A DNA stretch of 64,000 nucleotides from positions 131,240 to 195,239 of the forward strand of contig CAZLWA010000005.1 of NCBI GenBank assembly GCA_964563165.1, written 5' to 3'. The first letter of the stretch is position 1; every line of letters begins with the position of its first letter. The position numbers were made by a program, and so were the translations under genes. This stretch comes from an uncultured Bacteroidota bacterium. Its GTDB lineage: Bacteria > CLD3 > SB21. Positions 48,532 through 58,600 of this stretch are shown here, piece after piece. A model generated the notes under the pieces. That model was not told the origin of the DNA and searched no databases. It was given only the letters and a program-made list of their open reading frames with translations.

Positions 48532-49669
48532 TTTCCCGAGTTAGAGTTTCTATGGCTTCGACAAAACTTTCCCAGGAATATTTCTTCTTTTCGGTTTCAA
48601 TGTTCCTGGAAAAAGTATCTTCACATTTTTCATCATAGTAACGAATGATACTCTGCGCCAGAGCGGCGGGGTCTGAAGGGGGAACGATGAAACCGGTTTT
48701 TTGGTGAATCACCACTTCCGCAAGCCCGCCGACATCGGTTGCGATCACAGGTTTATTGAAATAATAAGCAATAGGCACAATACCGCTCTGCGTCGCCGAA
48801 ATATACGGAAGCACGACCGCATCGCACCCGGAAAAAAACAGTCCGACCTTCTCATTCGGGCAATAGTCGGCATGCACATCAACCACATTTTCAAGATCCA
48901 ATTCCTTGATCAGGCCGCGGTAATAATCTTCATCGCCGTAAAATTCGCCGACCACTAAAAGTTTTATTTTCATTTTCTTCAACACGAGAGGCATCGTGCG
49001 TATCAAAAGGTCCAGGCCTTTGTACTTGCGAATGAAACCGAAAAACAATAGCGTCTTCGTGTAGTCAGGTTTATCAATACCGAGCAGTTTCTTAGCCGTA
49101 ATCTTATCCCGAATTTCCCCGAAAATGTTATACAGCGGATGCGGCGCGTTCTTGTAAACGGCATGCGGTTTTAGCGAAAGCAGGTCTTTCCGGACGGTAT
49201 CGGACTGGGTGATAAAATAATCCACGGGTTTCAGTGCGAACCTGGTTAGCGTAACGTCGCCGAATCGCTTTTCATGCGGAAGGATGTTGTCGCAGATGAA
49301 CAGGGTCTTCGCTTTAGAAAACCGGCTTGTCAATCGGGCTATGACGCCAAAACACGGTGCGAAAAACGGCATCCAGTATTTAAAAATAACGAGATCCGAC
49401 CGATGTCGCTTGATGATACGGTAGGCGCGAAGCCAGGTCCACGGATTGATGGAATCCAGGATTATATGGCTGTCAACTTTTATCGGCTCTTCACTCGTTT
49501 CATTCTGAGTTTTACCGGGAAACAGAAATTTTGGATATTGACGCTTGAAATTGATAATCTGGACGTCATGGCCTTTTTTTTTCAGTTCGAGATAAAGAAT
49601 GCTGGTATACTGCGCAATGCCGCCGCGCAGCGGATACACCGGACCGACAATAGATATTCTCAAAAACAC
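48524..49669 (-). CDS. Glycosyltransferase family 4 (GT-B, group 1).
   Basis: C-terminal GT1 core (FFGFIRKYKGLD...PYISATQSGIVPIAYYFNKPVIATDVGGLAEVV...TGFIVPP). GTG start with a GGAG site. Confidence 0.7.
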   Translation of the reverse strand: MFLRISIVGPVYPLRGGIAQYTSILYLELKKKGHDVQIINFKRQYPKFLFPGKTQNETSEEPIKVDSHIILDSINPWTWLRAYRIIKRHRSDLVIFKYWMPFFAPCFGVIARLTSRFSKAKTLFICDNILPHEKRFGDVTLTRFALKPVDYFITQSDTVRKDLLSLKPHAVYKNAPHPLYNIFGEIRDKITAKKLLGIDKPDYTKTLLFFGFIRKYKGLDLLIRTMPLVLKKMKIKLLVVGEFYGDEDYYRGLIKELDLENVVDVHADYCPNEKVGLFFSGCDAVVLPYISATQSGIVPIAYYFNKPVIATDVGGLAEVVIHQKTGFIVPPSDPAALAQSIIRYYDEKCEDTFSRNIETEKKKYSWESFVEAIETLTREIV

Positions 49670-49674
49670 TCCGA

Positions 49675-51150
49675 TTATTTTTTCTTTTCCGCCGAACCGT
49701 AACTCTTTAAAACAGATTCCACAATATGGGTCGTCGAAAATCCGGAAACCAAATCTACCAACGCCACTTTTCCGCCGTACGATTCCACAACTTCCCGGCC
49801 AACGACCTGGTCCGCCTTATAATCCGAACCCTTGACCAGAACGTCAGGCTTCAGTTTTTTTATCAATTCCAAAGGCGTATCCTCATCAAACAGCACCACG
49901 TAATCAACCGATTCCAGCGCGGATAAAATATGCGCCCGTTCATTTTCCAAAACAATCGGCCGGTTCTCGCCTTTGATCCGGCGAATGGATGCGTCGCTGT
50001 TCAGGCCAACTACAAGCTTGTCCCCCAGGGATTTCGATTTGTTAAGCAGCGTAATATGCCCGATATGAAGAATATCGAAACAGCCGTTCGTGAAGACGAT
50101 CTTTCTATCCTTGCGAATGACGGATAGAATTGAGTCCAATTCCGGCGCAGTCATGATTTTTTTCGAGCCGCTTGACGTTTCCTCTATATCGTGCAGCACG
50201 TCGTCTTTGGTTACCGTAGATGTCCCGATACGGCTCACCGCAATACCTGCGGCGATATTGGCAATTCTTGCAGCATCAGAAAACGAATGACCCGCGGCAA
50301 TGAGCATTCCCACATAGGCAACCACGGTATCGCCCGCGCCGGTCACGTCAAACACTTCACGCGCCGTAGATGAAATATTTTCCTGCGAGTTCTTTTCAAT
50401 CAACAACATGCCCTCTCTTCCGCGCGTGATCAAAACGGCTTCGCAATCGCATTGCCTTAGAATCTGCCTGCCTGCGTCGAGAATGTCGTCTTCCGTTCCC
50501 AGTTTCTTATTGGCGGCCGCTTCGGCTTCTTTCAGGTTCGGCTTGATGATCGTCGCGCCGGAATAAATGGAAAAATCCTTTCGTTTCGGATCCACAACGG
50601 TCTTGACCCGGTTTTGCTTAGCCAACTGAAGCGTATTCAGAATGATCTTATCGGTCAGGACGCCCTTTTGATAATCGGAAATAATTACAGCAGAAAATTT
50701 TGTAACATTTGCCTTCAAATAATCCAGCATTTGATCTTCAATAGCCTGCGAAATAAAATCGGTGATTTCATGGTCAATACGCACGACCTGTTGACTGCCG
50801 GCGATCACACGGGTTTTTGTCGTGGTGGGCCGCTGCGTATCTGTGAACACCGCGGTTTTGTGAATCCCGGTCTTATCGAATTCTTTTTCAATAATTTTTC
50901 CATTGTCATCCCGGCCTATCACCCCGAGCATTGTAACCTCGCAGCCGATGGCCGCCAGATTATGGGCGACGTTCGCAGCGCCGCCGAGCGCAATATTCTC
51001 ACGCTGAATGTTGACCACCTGTACGGGCGCTTCGGGAGAAATGCGGTCAACACTTCCCCAAATAAATTTATCTAAAATGATATCGCCGATGACCAAAATA
51101 TGTTTTTTGGAGCCGGACGACAGGATAGTTCTCAGGTTTTCTTTTTTCAT
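49675..51150 (-). CDS. hldE: Bifunctional D-beta-D-heptose 7-phosphate kinase / D-beta-D-heptose 1-phosphate adenylyltransferase.
   Basis: N-terminal PfkB-type kinase domain (ILVIGDIILDKFIWGSVDRISPEAPVQV). C-terminal cytidylyltransferase-like domain (VFTNGCFDILHIGH). Length is 491 aa. Confidence 0.85.
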   Translation of the reverse strand: MKKENLRTILSSGSKKHILVIGDIILDKFIWGSVDRISPEAPVQVVNIQRENIALGGAANVAHNLAAIGCEVTMLGVIGRDDNGKIIEKEFDKTGIHKTAVFTDTQRPTTTKTRVIAGSQQVVRIDHEITDFISQAIEDQMLDYLKANVTKFSAVIISDYQKGVLTDKIILNTLQLAKQNRVKTVVDPKRKDFSIYSGATIIKPNLKEAEAAANKKLGTEDDILDAGRQILRQCDCEAVLITRGREGMLLIEKNSQENISSTAREVFDVTGAGDTVVAYVGMLIAAGHSFSDAARIANIAAGIAVSRIGTSTVTKDDVLHDIEETSSGSKKIMTAPELDSILSVIRKDRKIVFTNGCFDILHIGHITLLNKSKSLGDKLVVGLNSDASIRRIKGENRPIVLENERAHILSALESVDYVVLFDEDTPLELIKKLKPDVLVKGSDYKADQVVGREVVESYGGKVALVDLVSGFSTTHIVESVLKSYGSAEKKK

Positions 51151-51153
51151 ATT

Positions 51154-52116
51154 TCAACTCGCTGATTGTCTTAGCCAATCAAAAAACACGTCCATATCGA
51201 CATTCCCACCGCTTAAAATAATACCGATTTTCCTGTTTTTCAGATTCAATTCATTTTTCAGCACGGCAGCCAAAGGTACCGCTGCGGTTGGCTCGACGAT
51301 TATTTTCATTCGTGAATAAATGAGGGCCATCGCGTCGATCACTTCGTTATCGCTGACCAGGATCACATCGTCCACTTTCTCCTTGATGATCTCAAATGTT
51401 TTGGGGCCGGGAGCCAGCGTACGCATGCCGTCGGCGATCGTTTTCGTGGGCTCAATCGAAACGATCGAGCCTTTTCGAAACGACAAATAAACGTCATTGG
51501 CGGTCTCCGTCTCGACGCCGATGATCTTGATCCCCGGAATCAAATGTTTCAGGGCGATCGCGTTTCCGGAAATCAATCCGCCGCCGCCGACAGGAAAGAA
51601 CGCATACTCGAGATCTTTCAATTTATCGAAGATCTCTATCCCTATCGTACCTTGCCCGGCGATGATATGGTCGTCATTAAACGGGGGCACAAGGGTTTTG
51701 CCTTCTTCTTCCGCAATCCGCTTACCGATCACTTCGCGATTTTCTTTCATGTAGTCGTACAGAACTATTTCGGCTCCGTAAGACCGTGTGCCCTCCAATT
51801 TCAATTTCGGAGAATTGGTCGGCATGACGATCGTTGCATGCGTCCCGAGCAGTTTCGACGCCAGCGCGACCCCCTGCGCATGGTTGCCGGAAGAAAACGC
51901 AACGACGCCTTGGTGCAATTGGTCCGGGGTCAGCGAGGAAATCTTGTTATACGCACCGCGGATCTTGAAAGCGCCTACCAACTGGAAATTTTCACACTTG
52001 AAAAAAAGTTCATTTCCGGAGATCTTATTCATCGCACGTGACGTAGCGATAGGCGTATGATGAACCACGGGCAACAGCGTCCGGTAGGCGGAAAGAATGT
52101 CTTCAAATGTGATCAT
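51154..52116 (-). CDS. PLP-dependent threonine/serine dehydratase (catabolic-type, 320 aa).
   Basis: FFKCENFQLVGAFKIRGA with the PLP-binding Lys, the fold-type II glycine-rich loop, and HPxxxAGQGT-like segments. Confidence 0.7.
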   Translation of the reverse strand: MITFEDILSAYRTLLPVVHHTPIATSRAMNKISGNELFFKCENFQLVGAFKIRGAYNKISSLTPDQLHQGVVAFSSGNHAQGVALASKLLGTHATIVMPTNSPKLKLEGTRSYGAEIVLYDYMKENREVIGKRIAEEEGKTLVPPFNDDHIIAGQGTIGIEIFDKLKDLEYAFFPVGGGGLISGNAIALKHLIPGIKIIGVETETANDVYLSFRKGSIVSIEPTKTIADGMRTLAPGPKTFEIIKEKVDDVILVSDNEVIDAMALIYSRMKIIVEPTAAVPLAAVLKNELNLKNRKIGIILSGGNVDMDVFFDWLRQSAS

Positions 52117-53087
52117 CAGAGGTATGAAATGTTTTTTTGTAAAAACTCAGACACATAGTCTTTCACCCCATCTTCAAGGGTACGAAACTCAAGAGGACAG
52201 CGGAGCGAGCCTAATTTATCCATTTTCGCTTCGGTATGGTATTGATAGGCGCCGCGAAGACCTTCCGGCATATCCATATATTCAATTTTTGGTTTCATAT
52301 TGAGCGCCGAAAAAGTCGCTTTCATCAGGTCATTCCACGAACGTGCTTTTCCGGTACCCAAATTAAAAATACCGCAGGCCTTCGGATTTTGTAAAAGCCA
52401 CCAGATCACATCCAGGCAGTCTTTGACGTAAATGAAGTCACGCACCTGCTCTCCGTCGGCATAATCCGGCCGATACGATTTAAAAAGCCCGACCTTACCC
52501 GTTTCCCTAATTTGAAAATACGCTTTATAAACTATACTCGTCATATCTTCTTTATGATATTCATTCGGGCCGAACACATTGAAGAATTTCAAACCGGCGA
52601 CCTTATTGGTCAAGTTATTTTGCAATATCCAAAGATCAAAAATATGCTTGGAATATCCGTACTTATTCAGCGGCCGTAACTTAAGGGTGACGGTATCGTC
52701 ATCTGAAAACCCCAGCGAACCGTCGCCGTACGTTGCACCGCTGCTGGCGTAAATAAGACGAATGTCCTTTGCCAACGCCCACTCCGCCAGGACGCGTGAA
52801 TATTTGTAATTATTCCGCATCAGAAAGTCCGTATCCTGCTCCGTCGTGGAGGAACACGCGCCGAAATGGATCACGGCTTCCGCATCGGCAAAATTATTCT
52901 TGTTTTCCAATGCTTTTAAAAACTCGTCTTTGTGAATGTAATCTGAAAATTTTTTACCGAGTAAATTTTTCCATTTGGGGGAATTTCCAAGTTCATCCAC
53001 GACGAGAATTTTCTCGATGCCCTGGTCGTTCAGTTTTTTGATCACAGCGCTTCCGATGAATCCTGCGCCGCCGGTAACGATGATCAT
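52116..53087 (-). CDS. hldD: ADP-L-glycero-D-manno-heptose 6-epimerase.
   Basis: Near-collinear match to E. coli HldD/RfaD (MIIVTGGAGFIGS...HFGACSSTTE...NVYGYSK...FNLGTG). Length is 323 aa. Confidence 0.9.
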   Translation of the reverse strand: MIIVTGGAGFIGSAVIKKLNDQGIEKILVVDELGNSPKWKNLLGKKFSDYIHKDEFLKALENKNNFADAEAVIHFGACSSTTEQDTDFLMRNNYKYSRVLAEWALAKDIRLIYASSGATYGDGSLGFSDDDTVTLKLRPLNKYGYSKHIFDLWILQNNLTNKVAGLKFFNVFGPNEYHKEDMTSIVYKAYFQIRETGKVGLFKSYRPDYADGEQVRDFIYVKDCLDVIWWLLQNPKACGIFNLGTGKARSWNDLMKATFSALNMKPKIEYMDMPEGLRGAYQYHTEAKMDKLGSLRCPLEFRTLEDGVKDYVSEFLQKNISYL

Positions 53088-53143
53088 GGAGATTTTATAT
53101 TTTAGATTGACGGTTGAATATCTTAAGGATACAGAATAACGTC

Positions 53144-54205
53144 CTAATTATCAGTCCGAACCACTTCCGCAATAAAATCGCCGCATTCTCTTGTACCGAG
53201 ATCGCCGCCGAGCTCTTTGGTTAATCTGTTTTTTTGAATCGCGGTGCGGACGGCACGGTCGATCATATCCGCATTTTGCGTAAATCCCAGATGCCTGAGC
53301 ATCATCTCTGCCGTCAGGATCGCGGCTACAGGATTTGCCAGGTTTTTTCCCGCGATATCCGGGGCGCTCCCGTGCACGGGCTCGAACATCGAGACGCCGT
53401 TGGGATTGATATTCCCGGAAGCGGCAAGGCCCATTCCGCCCTGTAATTGCGCACCGATGTCGGTGATGATATCGCCGAAAAGATTGTTCGTCACGATGAC
53501 CTCGAATTCTTCCGGATTGCGTATCATCATCATCGCCAGCGCGTCAATATAATAGTGTTTCGCCTGTATGTCCGGATATTCCGAGGCCACTTCAAAAAAA
53601 CAGCGGTACCATAAATTGTGCCCGTAAGTCATCGCATTGCTTTTGTCCGCCATCGCCAGCTTTTTCAAGCCGTTCTTTTTCGTAAATTCGAATGCATAAC
53701 GAATGATCCGCTCCACGCCTTTGCGCGTATTGATCTCTTCCTGAACGGCAATTTCATCCGGCGTGTTTTTCTTAAATATTCCGCCGACGCCGACATACAG
53801 GCCTTCGGTATTTTCGCGGAATATCGTAAAATTAACGTCCTTGACGGTCTTATGTTTCAAAGGGCAGAATTTCTCGTCCAGCAATTTCACCGGTCGAAAA
53901 TTCACATAGAGATCCAGTTTGAAGCGTGTGCCAAGCAAAATATCCTTCGCATGCTCATTCGTAGGAACGCGCGGATCGCCGAAAGCGCCCATCAGGATCG
54001 CGGTATAATTTTTCCTGAAATCGTCAAACTGTTCCTCCGGCATAGTGATCTTGGTCTTCAAATATTTTTCAGCACCGTAATCCATCTCAACCAGATCTAT
54101 ATCCATAGGTTTTCGGGTATGCGTTGCCAGAATGACTTTGACCGCTTCGGCTAAGACCTCTTTGCCGATCCCGTCGCCGGGAATTACCGCAATTTTCTTC
54201 ATCAC
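53144..54205 (-). CDS. Isocitrate/isopropylmalate dehydrogenase-family NAD-dependent beta-hydroxyacid decarboxylating dehydrogenase (LeuB / tartrate dehydrogenase-like).
   Basis: IAVIPGDGIGKEV N-terminus, NLFGDIITD and GSAPDIAGKNLANP motifs. Length is 353 aa. Confidence 0.7.
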   Translation of the reverse strand: MMKKIAVIPGDGIGKEVLAEAVKVILATHTRKPMDIDLVEMDYGAEKYLKTKITMPEEQFDDFRKNYTAILMGAFGDPRVPTNEHAKDILLGTRFKLDLYVNFRPVKLLDEKFCPLKHKTVKDVNFTIFRENTEGLYVGVGGIFKKNTPDEIAVQEEINTRKGVERIIRYAFEFTKKNGLKKLAMADKSNAMTYGHNLWYRCFFEVASEYPDIQAKHYYIDALAMMMIRNPEEFEVIVTNNLFGDIITDIGAQLQGGMGLAASGNINPNGVSMFEPVHGSAPDIAGKNLANPVAAILTAEMMLRHLGFTQNADMIDRAVRTAIQKNRLTKELGGDLGTRECGDFIAEVVRTDN

Positions 54206-54355
54206 GCCTTGTATAAATTATTGTCGATGACCGCTTAGCAAAGTATTAAAATAATGCAGGAAATTCAAGGAGAATTGAGCCGTCTAACGATTGGTTGAAA
54301 TCCTGATCTAGAGTTCTTATATTATTACATTATCCCGCATACAACACAGAACATT

Positions 54356-55222
54356 ATGATTCATAAATACTTTTTCGACCCCGGTTCAAAGGTATTCGAC
54401 CGGTTGCTGGGCATCTGGAACAGCCTGGGTACCCATCGCACCATCAGTTTGGCCATGGTAGGAGCCTTCCTGGCTTCACTGGTATTCACCGAAGCGCATC
54501 GCATCGGTCTGTTACCCCAATGGCTGAAGCCGTTTTTCGGAACCAGTCATTTTGAGGCGGTGACCAATGCTTTCACCCTGCTGCTCGTCGTGGAGATCAT
54601 ATCGCTGGTATTTGTCTTGCCTCGTTCCGTAGCCAACTCTTTGGGTAAACAACTTGAGTTGCTGGCCATCATCTTTCTGCGGCATGCGTTTGGAAATCTC
54701 GGTTCATTCGGAGAACCCATACTCTGGGAGCGCGCATCGGAATCCATTTATCTCATGATTGCGGATTTGGGCGGTGCGCTGGGGGTGTATGTGTTGATCG
54801 GTGTTTATTATCGCATTCAGAAACATAAACGCATCACACATGACGATACGGAACAAAGCAGCTTCATCGCCGCAAAAAAAATTCTGGCGATGATTCTGCT
54901 TGCCGCATTTGGAATTCTCGGAGCCTCCAACATTGCAGCGGTTTTTGCAGGGGAAACGCCCAAATTCTTTACTTCATTTTACACGCTTCTGATCTTTAGT
55001 GACATCCTGATCGTACTGATCGCACTTCGCTACACGACGAGCTTTCCGGTTTTGTTCCGAAATTCAGGATTTGTCGCGGCAACCGTTCTGATCCGCCTGT
55101 CCTTGACCGCGCCCGGTTATACCAACGTATTACTCGGTATCGCAGCGACGGCCTTTGCATTGATGGTGTCGTTGTCTTACAATATTTTCTATACGGACTC
55201 CGGACATTCTGCAGAAGAGTAA
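54356..55222 (+). CDS. Polytopic membrane protein (hypothetical).
   Basis: 288 aa with about 7 hydrophobic helices. No recognised motif. Confidence 0.4.
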   Translation: MIHKYFFDPGSKVFDRLLGIWNSLGTHRTISLAMVGAFLASLVFTEAHRIGLLPQWLKPFFGTSHFEAVTNAFTLLLVVEIISLVFVLPRSVANSLGKQLELLAIIFLRHAFGNLGSFGEPILWERASESIYLMIADLGGALGVYVLIGVYYRIQKHKRITHDDTEQSSFIAAKKILAMILLAAFGILGASNIAAVFAGETPKFFTSFYTLLIFSDILIVLIALRYTTSFPVLFRNSGFVAATVLIRLSLTAPGYTNVLLGIAATAFALMVSLSYNIFYTDSGHSAEE

Positions 55223-55319
55223 TTCTTATTGAAATTTAGATTGGCAAGTACTATGGAATTCGTTACATTGAAATCCAATCTGAAACTCAGATAGAGGGGG
55301 TTTCTATTCATGAGAAAGA

Positions 55320-55535
55320 ATTACCACTTGTCGTGCAGGCCGAAGATACAGGGCAGAGACTTATATTCGATGAGTTTTCACCACGTTTACCAAGTTGAGC
55401 GCAATGCCAACCGGCGAGGAATCAAGCACGGGCCTCGGTATCGCCATCATTAAGAAGATCGTGGAGATCCACTACGGCCGCGTCTGGGTCAAGAGCGAAT
55501 GGGGCAAGGGCTCGGCGTTTGGTTCTTCAGGATAA
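55320..55535 (+). pseudogene. Frameshifted 3' fragment of a sensor histidine kinase gene (HATPase_c C-terminus only).
   Basis: The reading frame 55374-55535 encodes [53 protein letters not shown]. This is near-identical to the last ~50 residues of the 55605-59336 and 37160-38665 kinases ([50 protein letters not shown]). Another frame just upstream reads AEDTGQRLIFDEF, matching the G1 box. There is no H-box and no start; it is too short for the ORF track. Confidence 0.6.
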
Positions 55536-55604
55536 AATTTCACGTATATTTCCGCCTGAGTAAGTTCGCAGCGTATAATAAAACGCCTGTTTAGTCCGCT
55601 TATT

Positions 55605-58600
55605 ATGAATCGATCAACTGTGACGAAGGGTAACGACCATCTCTCCTTCGGGATCTTATTAGTATCGATCCTGATCTCATTCCCTGTCGATCAGTGTCCT
55701 CTGATCGCGCAGGAAAGCGGATTGCCCTTATCCCGGTATTTTAACGCAAATCAGTATGGGGCGCACAACCAGAACTGGGCCGTTGCGCAAGACTCCTCCG
55801 GCGTCATGTTCTTCGGGAATACGAGCGGCATTCTTCGCTACGACGGAAGCGAGTGGCAGATGTACCCCACGCCGAAGGGAGGAATTGTCCGATCATTGTC
55901 TCTGGGCGCTTCGCAAAAGATGTATGCCGGAGCGTATGCCGAATTCGGATATCTCAAAGGCGATGAATTCGGAAGGCTGCGCTGGATCGCGTTGTCGGAT
56001 TCACTACCAAAAGTGCTTCGCGATTTCTCGGATGTCTGGAAAATTCACGTTACTCCGCGCGGTGTTTTCTTCACGAGTCCACAGCATGTTTTCCTTTACA
56101 CCCACGACGATCGTTTCATCGCTTCGTGGAAACCGGCGCATCGGTTCCGTTTTTCGTACTGGCTTCGCGATCGTTTCATCGTGCAGGATGAACAAACCGG
56201 ATTGCGCGAGGTCAGCGGCGACAGTCTCATCTTTGTAGCCGGCAGCGAAGCCTTGGCCGGTAGCCAGATCTATGCCATGCTGCCTCACGCCGACAACGCC
56301 ATTCTCATACAGACACGCTCAAGCGGAACCTGGCTTTGGGAAAAAGATCAATTCAAGAAGATTTCCTGGGAAGCAGGGCGTTACCTTGAAGAACAGCAGG
56401 TATACGGCGGCATCCTCACTTCCTGGGGTCAGTACATGTTCAATACGCTCCGTAACGGCGTTGTCCTGACTGAACAGGACGGCCGGATCGTTCAAATCTA
56501 CAATAAGCAATCTGGACTCCAAGATAACACGGTCTATGATATTTTTACAGACCGCACGGAAGGTATTTGGCTTGCGATGAACCGGGGCATATTGCGTGCG
56601 GATCTTTTTGCGCCGTTTACCTATTGGGATGAGTCGATGGGCCTTGAAGGCGCGGTCTATTCTGTTGCGCGTCATGCTGCAAAGCTCTATGCAGGAACGA
56701 GCATTGGCGTTTTCTCTCTGGAGAAGAACAATCTCGAAAAGCCATGGGTCTTCAAGAAACTGAACGAGCCGCAGGGACAGTGCTGGAGCCTTTTGACACA
56801 CGACGGTAATTTGCTTGCCGCTTCGAGGAACGGTATATATGAAATTTCCGGAAGCCGGGTGCGCCGTGTCACTGATGCGTACGCATTTCTTTTATCGCCG
56901 TCCAAGCTCGATCCTTCGATCATCTATGTGGGGCTTTCCAACGGACTCGGCCGCCTGCGCCGCACGCCGGATGGTTATGTTTTTGATCGAATCGATCAGG
57001 CCATTCGTGAGGAAATCCGTTATATCGCTGAGGAAAAAGACGGCAGCGTTTGGATAGCCGGCGGTTTTGATGGATTTCAGCGCCTTCTGCCTGACGGCTC
57101 TGTTCGCGATTATCATCCCAATCTGCAGCCCCGCGCGCGACGTAACCGGCTGTTTACTACGACGCAGGGAGTTCTATTTGTCACCGATCGCGGACTCATG
57201 CGGTTCAGGCCCGCTGCAGATATTTTTGAAAATGATACTGTTATTGCACCGCTGCTCCCTGAAAGCGGCAAGTTTTTGCTTCGAATGAGCGAAGATTCAG
57301 TCGGCCATCTCTGGATTGGCTTGGATGAAGCCTCGAATTCCGATCAGGCTGGCAAGATACACTACAAGCGAAATGTCGGATATAGCCGTTTTCTGCTTTT
57401 GAGGCGCATTTCAGAATTTGGCAATGTATCTACTATCTGGAATGAAGGACGGTCAATATGGTTTGGCGGTTACGACGGACTGCTGCGATACAAGAGTTCG
57501 TCAGCCCTCACGAATATCGATCCTAAGCCGGCAGAAGCCTATCCGCCCATCGTTCTGACTGTACATATGAAAAACGATTCCCTAATCTACGTCGGGCAAG
57601 GCGTTTCAGAGCAACTGCTGGAAATCGATTACTCGATGAATGAAGTTCGTTTCGCGTTTGCCGATCCGGGTAATCTCAGCCTCAAAAGGCCCCAATTTCG
57701 CTATCGGCTCAATGGATTTGATACTGACTGGATCCAAAGCGAAGAATTCAAAAAGACCTATACATTTTTGCCGGAGGGAAGCTACAGTTTCGAAGTTACT
57801 TCCACCGAAGCCCATTACACAGGCCAGCCTACCACATTTCCGTTTGTGATCGCGCCACCCTTGTACCGCACGTGGTGGGCGTATACGATTTACGTTTTGA
57901 TCTTTTCAGGCTGTGTCGCAGGATTCATCCGCTTTCAGACGAAAAAAACTAAGATCCGGGCAAAACTACTGATCGAAAGCCAGAGAGAAGCGGCGAGGAT
58001 CAAAGTAGCCGAATTACGCGCCCTGGCTGCGGAAGCCCAGACTAAGTCTTACCAGTCAGAAATTGAAAACGCAAAGCAATTGGCGGCGATCAATGCAACC
58101 CTTGCCGAGAAGAACAGTCAACTCGAGGTTCTAAACGACCAGATGGAAAAAACGGTCAACGTCGTCCGCTCGTTGAATTCCGCTATTGCTCTACATGACT
58201 TGCTTAATTCCATTCTGGAAAAAACGCAGGCGATTACGAATGTCAAAACGGCTTCGGTATTGGCATGGGACACGCCGACGAAGAAGTTCAAGTTCAAGGC
58301 ATGTATCGGCGTGGAATTTGAAAAGTTGGAATCGATTGAACTTACGCAGGATGAAGTACTGGAACGCTATGTCAAAGACGGCGCCGAGATCGAGCAAGAC
58401 ATTTGGGTCGTCCGAAATATTACCGGCCGTGTCGCGCAGAATAAATTTGACCAGCTTCCGCCTTTGGATTCTTTGCTGGTTGTGTGTTTGCGTGGTGGAA
58501 CGCAGATCGAAGGATATCTGCTGTTTGACAACATCCAGTCCGTAGACCTCGGAAAACAAGACATTCTACTATTGAAGAACCTGAAAGAACATTTGCATTG

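Noticed and set aside
49665-49683. Coordinate and sequence ambiguity at the hldE stop / GT4 start (poly-T run).
   Set aside because: My hand count of the T-run and the position of the GTG start differ by 2 nt from the ORF-track coordinates. I could not reconcile this without tools. I used the ORF-track coordinates and do not claim a frameshift.
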